Assembly: GCA_025359445.1 (NCBI GenBank)
Contig: JANYGB010000063.1
Location: 621 to 64,620 of the forward strand
Direction: 5' to 3'
Length of the DNA: 64,000 nt
Origin: Sphingomonadaceae bacterium
Lineage (GTDB): Bacteria > Pseudomonadota > Alphaproteobacteria > Sphingomonadales > Sphingomonadaceae
This document shows, one piece after another, positions 58,695-64,000 of the stretch. The notes below the pieces were generated by a model. That model worked only from the letters and a program-made list of their open reading frames with translations, searched no databases and was not told the origin of the DNA. Each line of letters starts with the position of its first letter. Within the stretch, counting starts at the first letter, position 1. Made by a program: the position numbers and the translations under genes.

Positions 58695-58797
58695 TCTACC
58701 CAGGGCCTGTCGAAGGGCTGCCTTTTTTCTCGCGGCGGTGTGCTGGCACGAAAGACAAGCACAATGCTTCGATAGTTCGACAGGCTCAGCATGAGCG
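58695..58797. repeat. Palindromic repeat, CTTCGACAGGCTCAG family (degenerate)
   Basis: Arms CAGGGCCTGTCGAA and TTCGACAGGCTCAG. Confidence 0.7.
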
Positions 58798-58812
58798 AGG
58801 TTGGTTGATCAC

Positions 58813-58852
58813 AAAAAAGGGCCGTGACGCGCGATGCGTCACGGCCCTTTTT
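58813..58852. terminator. Bidirectional intrinsic terminator
   Basis: AAAAAAGGGCCGTGACGC-GCGAT-GCGTCACGGCCCTTTTT. Confidence 0.9.
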
Positions 58853-58870
58853 GTTTGTGCCGGACTTCGC

Positions 58871-59245
58871 TCAGTCGAGCAGTTCGGCCGGGACCATCCC
58901 GCCGTTGTCGGCGAGCGCCTTCATTACCTGCTTTTGCAGCTGGATGTTGTCTTCGGCCGAGCCTTCGTAGCCCGCGTTGCCCAGCTCGTGCGCGAGCGCC
59001 TTGCGGTTTTCGTAGCTCGCGTCGATCCCGACCAGCTTCATCAGGTCAACCACCGAAGTGCGCCAGTTGAGATCGTCCGCGCCCTGCATCGCGCCGAGCG
59101 AAGCGGCGACATCGACCGGAGCGGCAGCAGCGGTGGGAGCGGGTGCGGCGTCGGCCATCGGGATCGCCGGGGCGTCGGCGGGCGGGGTCGCGGCTTCGGC
59201 CTTGTGTCCGAAAATGGCATCCTTGATCGAGCTGAATATCGACAT
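58871..59245 (-). CDS. DUF3597 domain protein
   Basis: MSIFSSIKDAIFG, LNWRTSVVDLMKLVGIDAS..RKALAHEL..NGG. Confidence 0.93.
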   Translation of the reverse strand: MSIFSSIKDAIFGHKAEAATPPADAPAIPMADAAPAPTAAAAPVDVAASLGAMQGADDLNWRTSVVDLMKLVGIDASYENRKALAHELGNAGYEGSAEDNIQLQKQVMKALADNGGMVPAELLD

Positions 59246-59555
59246 GCTGTGACTCCTTTAGATCGGCGACTCACTGGCGAGTGCCGCGTTCCCTGTCATC
59301 CTTCGGCCTAGCACTTCTGGATGACGGTTCCAGCGGCTATTCAGCACGCCAACTTCGCCGCAATATAACGCGACACATTGTCGCCGAGCACATCGCGCGG
59401 AGCATTGCCGCCGGTCACCACCGCATCGCCGCAATCGTGCAGGTAGCAGGCCGCGCTGCCCCCTCAAACGTCGACCGATTTCGCCTCTGGCATCGTATGG
59501 CACGAGCGATTAGGCTTGGGCCGGGCGGCCAGCTGCGGCTGCGGGAGAACTTACC

Positions 59556-60197
59556 ATGGCTGCCACCGACCTGATTTCGATTCTGCAACAGACCGGCGGC
59601 ATCGGTGCCATTGCCAGCCAGCTCGGGATTTCGCCGCAGGTTGCCGAGGCTGGCGCGGCGGCGTTACTCCCGGCGGTGGTCGGCGGCTTCGGCAAGCAAG
59701 CGGAGAATGCAGGTGGCGGTGAAGGCGGCCTTGGCAGCCTGATCGGCATGCTCGGCGGGCTGGGCGGTGCGTCGCTCGCCACCAACGTGCTTGGCCCAGA
59801 GCCGACCGAGGTAGACAGGGGCAACGATGTCCTCGGGCAGATCTTCGGATCCAAAGATGTCAGCCGCACCGTTGCGGCGCATGCCGCGAACCAGACCGGG
59901 ATCGATCCTGCGCTGCTCAAGAAGATGCTGCCGATCCTCGCGATGCTGGTGGCGGGGTATATGTCGCATCAGGCGAGTGGCGCGCAGGGTCAGCAGTCGG
60001 GTGGGGGCGGTCTGGGCGGGATGCTGGGCTCGGTGCTGGGTTCGGTGCTTGGCGGCGGTCAGCCAGCGCAACCAAGCGGCGGTATGGGCGGCGTTTTGGG
60101 CGGTGTGCTCGGCTCACTGCTCGGCGGCGGGACCACCAAAAGCGGCGGCAATGCGCTCGATGAGATCATCGGCATGGCGGGCAAGCTCGGGCGCTGA
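59556..60197 (+). CDS. DUF937 family Gly-rich protein
   Basis: IASQLGIS..AALLPAVVGGF, GNDVLGQIFGSKDVSR, LKKMLPILAMLV. Confidence 0.88.
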   Translation: MAATDLISILQQTGGIGAIASQLGISPQVAEAGAAALLPAVVGGFGKQAENAGGGEGGLGSLIGMLGGLGGASLATNVLGPEPTEVDRGNDVLGQIFGSKDVSRTVAAHAANQTGIDPALLKKMLPILAMLVAGYMSHQASGAQGQQSGGGGLGGMLGSVLGSVLGGGQPAQPSGGMGGVLGGVLGSLLGGGTTKSGGNALDEIIGMAGKLGR

Positions 60198-60400
60198 TGG
60201 CCAGCGGCACGACCCTCTCGATCCTGATGCTCGCCGCCATCGCGATGGTGCTGGGCGCAGGACTGCTGTGGCGGCGGCGCGGCGCATCGAAGCAGGTTTG
60301 GCTGATGCTGGTGCTGGGGGCTGTGCTGATCGCCAACGTCGCAATCTGGGTGGTGCCGTCAGCCGACGGCACCGCGCCAGTGCGGCAGGAATTGCGGTAG
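60197..60400 (+). CDS. Small two-TM membrane protein
   Basis: Coupled to the upstream stop (TGATG); two hydrophobic helices. Confidence 0.75.
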   Translation: MASGTTLSILMLAAIAMVLGAGLLWRRRGASKQVWLMLVLGAVLIANVAIWVVPSADGTAPVRQELR

Positions 60401-60433
60401 CATCGCGCGCACCACGCAACCGCCAACCAAAAC

Positions 60434-60572
60434 CGTCACCCTGAACTTGTTTCAGGGGCCATTTCGCCGTTTGCCCGGTGGTCGCCGGAAGTGAGCTGAC
60501 TGCTTGGCTTGACTGCGATCATGCGCTCCGGACGCGAGGCATGATGGGCCCTGAAACAAGTTCAGGGTGACG
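60434..60572. repeat. CGTC-tagged palindromic element, subfamily 2
   Basis: Arms CGTCACCCTGAACTTGTTTCAGGG and CCCTGAAACAAGTTCAGGGTGACG, perfect inverted match. Confidence 0.92.
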
Positions 60573-60615
60573 AACTTGTTCGCGCGAGCGGTCTGCGTGG
60601 GCTCAGCCCTCCACC

Positions 60616-61271
60616 TTATTTGATCGGGCAATCCGGCGAGAGCCGCATGTCGAGGTAGTTGTCGACCGAACCCATCAGGTCGCCCATCTCGTTTTCGAAG
60701 AAGTGGTTCGCGCGGGGGATTTCTTCGTGATGAATGGTGATGTGGCGCTGGGTGCGCAGCTTGTCGACCAGCTTCTGAACCGAATTGGGGGTGACCACGG
60801 TATCGGCCACACCCTGGATGATGATGCCGCTGGCCGGGCAAGGGGCGAGAAAGCTGAAATCATACATGTTGGCTGGCGGCGCGATTGAAATAAACCCGCG
60901 AATTTCCGGGCGGCGCATCAGCAGCTGCATTCCGATCAGCGCACCAAAACTCGCGCCTGCGACCCAGGTGGTCGAGGCTTCGGGATGGATCGACTGAACC
61001 CAGTCGAGCGCGGACGCGGCATCCGAAAGCTCGCCAATTCCATTGTCGAAGCTGCCCTGGCTGCGCCCGACCCCGCGAAAGTTGAAGCGCAGCGTGGCGA
61101 ACCCGCGCGCCTGAAAAGTCTTGTACAGCGCCATGGTGATGCGATCGTTCATCGTCCCGCCGGCCTGCGGATGCGGGTGCAGGATCATCGCCACCGGCGC
61201 ACGCGGGCGCGAAGCTGGCTGAAAACGGCCTTCGAGGCGACCTTCGGGGCCGGGGAAAATCACTGACGGCA
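60616..61271 (-). CDS. Conserved alpha/beta hydrolase adjacent to the Fe-S locus
   Basis: GPEGRLEGR, LHPHP..GGTM, LRFNFRGVGRSQG, GASFG; start set at ATG 61271. Confidence 0.93.
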
Positions 61272-61405
61272 TGGGCGCGGTTACCTGTTGTGGCTGGCCC
61301 ATGGCGCGGCGTCCGGAGGATTTTCGGATGCCGGACCGCTTTGGACTAGGATCGGGAAGCAGGCGCTATATAGAAACGAAGGTCCAAAAAGCAACGATTG
61401 TGAAC

Positions 61406-62497
61406 ATGCCCGCCAATTTCATCTACCTCGATCACCAGGCGACCACTCCGCTTGCGCCCGAAGCGCGCGCGGCAATGCTGCCGTGGCTGGGCGGGCCCGA
61501 AGGCATGGGGTTTGCCAATCCGCACTCGATGCACAAGGCCGGGCGCGCGGCAGCCGCAGCGGTCGAGGTTGCACGCGATCAGGTCGCAGCGCTGCTGCCG
61601 GCGGGCGGCCGCGTGATTTTTACCAGCGGCGCGACTGAGGCGCTCAACCAGGCAATCCGCTCGGTCGATCGGGGGTCGATTGCCTATTCGGCGATTGAGC
61701 ATTCGGCGGTGGTCAATGCCGCGCTCGCGACCGGTGCAGCGGTGCAGGAACTGCCGGTGAGTGCCGAGGGCCTGGTGGATCCCGAGGTGGAGATTGCCGA
61801 AGGCACCGGCCTCGTCGCGGTGATGCAGGTCAACAACGAGATTGGCACGGTCCAGCCCGTCGCCCGGCTCGCCGAACGCGCGCATGAAATGGGCGCGCTG
61901 TTGCTGTGCGACGCGGTGCAGGGCGCGGGCAAACTGGCGCCGCCCGAAGGCGCAGACCTGATCGCGATCACGGCGCACAAGCTTTACGGACCGAAGGGGA
62001 TCGGCGCTTTATGGTTCCGCGACGGGGTGGCCATCGCCTCGCTGATCGAAGGCGGCGGACAGGAGGGCGGTTTGCGCTCGGGCACGCTCAGCCCTGCGCT
62101 GTGCGCCGGGTTCGGCGCGGCTGCTGCCTTGGCGAAGGAGCGGATCGACATTGACTTCCAGCATCTGTCGGGCCTTGCGGCACTGGCTCGGTCGATCCTG
62201 TCGCGCTGGGTTCTGAATGGCAGCGAGACCGCGCGCTGGCCGGGCAACCTCAACTTGCGGCTAGATGGGCTCAATTTCCCGCGCCTGCTCAGCGATTGCC
62301 GCAATATCGCGATTTCCGCCGGATCGGCTTGCGGCAGCGGCACCGGCGCGCCCAGCCGAGTGCTCAGCGCGATCGGTCTCGATCCGCGCGCGGCCCGCAA
62401 TTCGATCCGGCTCGGGTTCGGGCGTTACACGACCATGGAAGAAGTCGAAGTAGCCTGCCGCGCGCTCGATGCGGCGGCGCTGGCCCAGGGGGTATGA
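61406..62497 (+). CDS. iscS: Cysteine desulfurase (IscS/NifS-like)
   Basis: YLDHQATTP, FTSGATE, VNNEIG, TAHKLYGPKG, SAGSACGS. Confidence 0.93.
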   Translation: MPANFIYLDHQATTPLAPEARAAMLPWLGGPEGMGFANPHSMHKAGRAAAAAVEVARDQVAALLPAGGRVIFTSGATEALNQAIRSVDRGSIAYSAIEHSAVVNAALATGAAVQELPVSAEGLVDPEVEIAEGTGLVAVMQVNNEIGTVQPVARLAERAHEMGALLLCDAVQGAGKLAPPEGADLIAITAHKLYGPKGIGALWFRDGVAIASLIEGGGQEGGLRSGTLSPALCAGFGAAAALAKERIDIDFQHLSGLAALARSILSRWVLNGSETARWPGNLNLRLDGLNFPRLLSDCRNIAISAGSACGSGTGAPSRVLSAIGLDPRAARNSIRLGFGRYTTMEEVEVACRALDAAALAQGV

Positions 62498-62829
62498 TGG
62501 TCGAGGTCACTTTCATCACCGCCACCGAGGAACGAGTCACCGCGCAGGGAGCTGAGGGCGACAACCTGCTGCGCGTTGGTCAAGCCGCCGGGATGCCCTT
62601 GGAGGGCACCTGCGAGGGCCAGATGGCCTGCTCGACCTGCCACGTGATCGTGGACCGCGACTGGTTCGGCAAGCTGCCCCGCGCCAGCGAGGACGAGGAA
62701 GACCTGCTCGACCTTGCCGCCGGGGTCCGCCCGACCAGCCGCCTGTCGTGCCAGATCGAACTGACCGCCGCGCTCGATGGGCTGGAAGTGCGAATTCCGG
62801 GCGACAGCCACGACATGCGGCGGCGCTAG
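62494..62829 (+). CDS. fdx: 2Fe-2S ferredoxin (adrenodoxin type)
   Basis: CEGQMACSTCHV..SRLSCQI. Confidence 0.95.
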   Translation: MMVEVTFITATEERVTAQGAEGDNLLRVGQAAGMPLEGTCEGQMACSTCHVIVDRDWFGKLPRASEDEEDLLDLAAGVRPTSRLSCQIELTAALDGLEVRIPGDSHDMRRR

Positions 62830-62850
62830 GCCGCCGCGTGCGCGGGTCGT

Positions 62851-63372
62851 TCAGGCCAAGGCGTCGATCAATGCCTTGGAGAACGCCGGAATGTCATCGG
62901 GCTTGCGGCTGGTAATCAGGTTGCCGTCGATCGCCACTTCCTGATCGACGACATTGGCCCCGGCGTTGGTCAGGTCGGTGCGCACCGATGGCCACGAGGT
63001 GACGGTGCGGCCTTCCACGATGTCGGCCTCGACCAGCAACCACGGGCCGTGGCAGATCGCCGCGATCGGTTTGCCAGCATCGTTGAAGTCTTCAACCAGA
63101 TCGACCGCGGCTTCGTCCATGCGCAGGATATCGGGGTTCATCTGTCCGCCGGGGAGCAACAGCGCATCAAAATCGCTCGCGTTCATATCGGCGATTAACG
63201 CGTCGACCGGCACGCTCTGGCCCCAGTTCTTGTCCTTCCAGCCCTTGATCTCGCCGCCCTTGGAGCTGGCGACCACAGTCTCGAACCCGGCTGCTTCGAG
63301 CGCCGCCTTGGGGTCCATCAGTTCGGATTGTTCAAAGCCATCGGCGGCAAGGATGAGGACGCGCTTGGTCAT
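62851..63372 (-). CDS. pfpI: PfpI/DJ-1 family intracellular protease/deglycase
   Basis: GFEQSEL, LLLPGG..NPD, AICHGPW, ITSRKPDDI; start set at ATG 63372. Confidence 0.95.
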   Translation of the reverse strand: MTKRVLILAADGFEQSELMDPKAALEAAGFETVVASSKGGEIKGWKDKNWGQSVPVDALIADMNASDFDALLLPGGQMNPDILRMDEAAVDLVEDFNDAGKPIAAICHGPWLLVEADIVEGRTVTSWPSVRTDLTNAGANVVDQEVAIDGNLITSRKPDDIPAFSKALIDALA

Positions 63373-63410
63373 GCTGGAAACTCCGGTTTTGTCGGGGGAC
63401 TTGCGGTGCA

Positions 63411-63435
63411 AACGAACGGAGCGATCACCCGTTCC
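63411..63435 (-). promoter_or_regulatory. Sigma-EcfG promoter of pfpI
   Basis: Minus strand GGAAC-N16-CGTT, exact consensus. Confidence 0.85.
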
Positions 63436-63461
63436 GGGATTAGGCCGCAGAAAAGAACGGT

Positions 63462-63630
63462 TTCACGCAAAGGCGCAAAGGAGAAGGAAAGGCGCTAAGA
63501 TGCTGCTCCAAGCCGCAGGCTCATTCATAATTTGCGGCGCGCCGCCAAACGTCACGCCGACTTGAATTGCGGCTTTGCCGCATGCGCTAACCCCTTTGCG
63601 CCTTCCTTCTCCTTTGCGCCTTTGCGTGAA
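63462..63630. mobile_element. MITE-like element, copy 3 (TTCACGCAAAGGCGCAAAGGAGAAGG arms)
   Basis: About 37-bp near-perfect inverted arms; internal GCGGCTTTGCCGC. Confidence 0.75.
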
Positions 63631-63704
63631 CCCTTCAAACGCCTGCGCAAAACCGCGAAGTCCGCATGGAACCGTCAGCGCCGCCCTGCTAGAGCGCGCA
63701 CAAC

Positions 63705-64000
63705 ATGCCCACCGCCACCACTGAACCAGACCCCTTCGACGCCATCGTCGATGCCCCGTTCGATAGCGCGCTGTCCGAACGGTACCTGATCTATGCGCTC
63801 TCCACGATCACCGCGCGCTCGCTGCCCGATCTGCGCGATGGGCTGAAGCCGGTCCACCGCCGCTTGCTGTGGGCGATGCGGCAGCTCAAACTGAACCCGA
63901 CCGACGCGTTCAAGAAGAGCGCCCGCGTGGTCGGCGATGTGATCGGCAAGTACCACCCGCACGGCGACCAATCGGTTTACGATGCGATGGTCCGGCTCGC
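63705..64000 (+). CDS. parC: DNA topoisomerase IV subunit A, N-terminal part (truncated by the window edge)
   Basis: [50 protein letters not shown]. Confidence 0.95.
   Translation, partial: MPTATTEPDPFDAIVDAPFDSALSERYLIYALSTITARSLPDLRDGLKPVHRRLLWAMRQLKLNPTDAFKKSARVVGDVIGKYHPHGDQSVYDAMVRL

Noticed and set aside
59266-59296. Possible EcfG promoter for the DUF3597 gene
   Set aside because: GGAAC is present on the minus strand but the -10 element is not CGTT/GGTT at the 16-17 nt spacing.
59281-59574. Small ORF in the 310-bp DUF3597/DUF937 intergenic region
   Set aside because: No SD, no recognisable motif, and it overlaps the DUF937 start out of frame.
1-64000. CRISPR array, integron attC array, rRNA or tRNA genes
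   Set aside because: The repeats are dispersed palindromes, not regularly spaced direct repeats with unique spacers. No cas or integrase gene and no tRNA/rRNA signature was seen.

Overview
64 kb of a GC-rich alphaproteobacterial chromosome. Gene content and repeats point to Sphingomonadales (Novosphingobium/Erythrobacter-like). Most of it is core genome: rpoA (3' end), rplQ, uvrC, hppA, thiL-nusB-hisD-hisG, cobS, truA-fmt, recR-def-rmuC, the pckA/chvI-chvG-hprK-rapZ-EIIA-HPr locus, iscS-fdx and parC (5' end). There is no CRISPR array, rRNA, tRNA or transposase. The most unusual region is 0.5-6 kb. An orphan terminase pair resembling gene transfer agent (GTA) genes, small-subunit-like plus large subunit, sits between rpoA and rplQ with no other phage genes. 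The pair is split by a lower-GC cassette of a NikR-like regulator and a TonB-dependent receptor; the regulator lacks three of the four canonical Ni ligands. The large terminase carries two palindromic repeat elements inserted in frame in its ATPase domain. Other points of interest: at least four families of short palindromic or MITE-like repeats; a TetR-controlled VOC/GST/SRPBCC detoxification operon with a perfect internal LexA box; two frameshifted genes (pirin and a two-domain VOC); an in-frame fusion of a membrane protein to a low-GC lipoprotein; and sigma-EcfG promoters before pfpI and a ferritin-like gene. Family calls come from recognising motifs by eye; no database search or GC computation was run.
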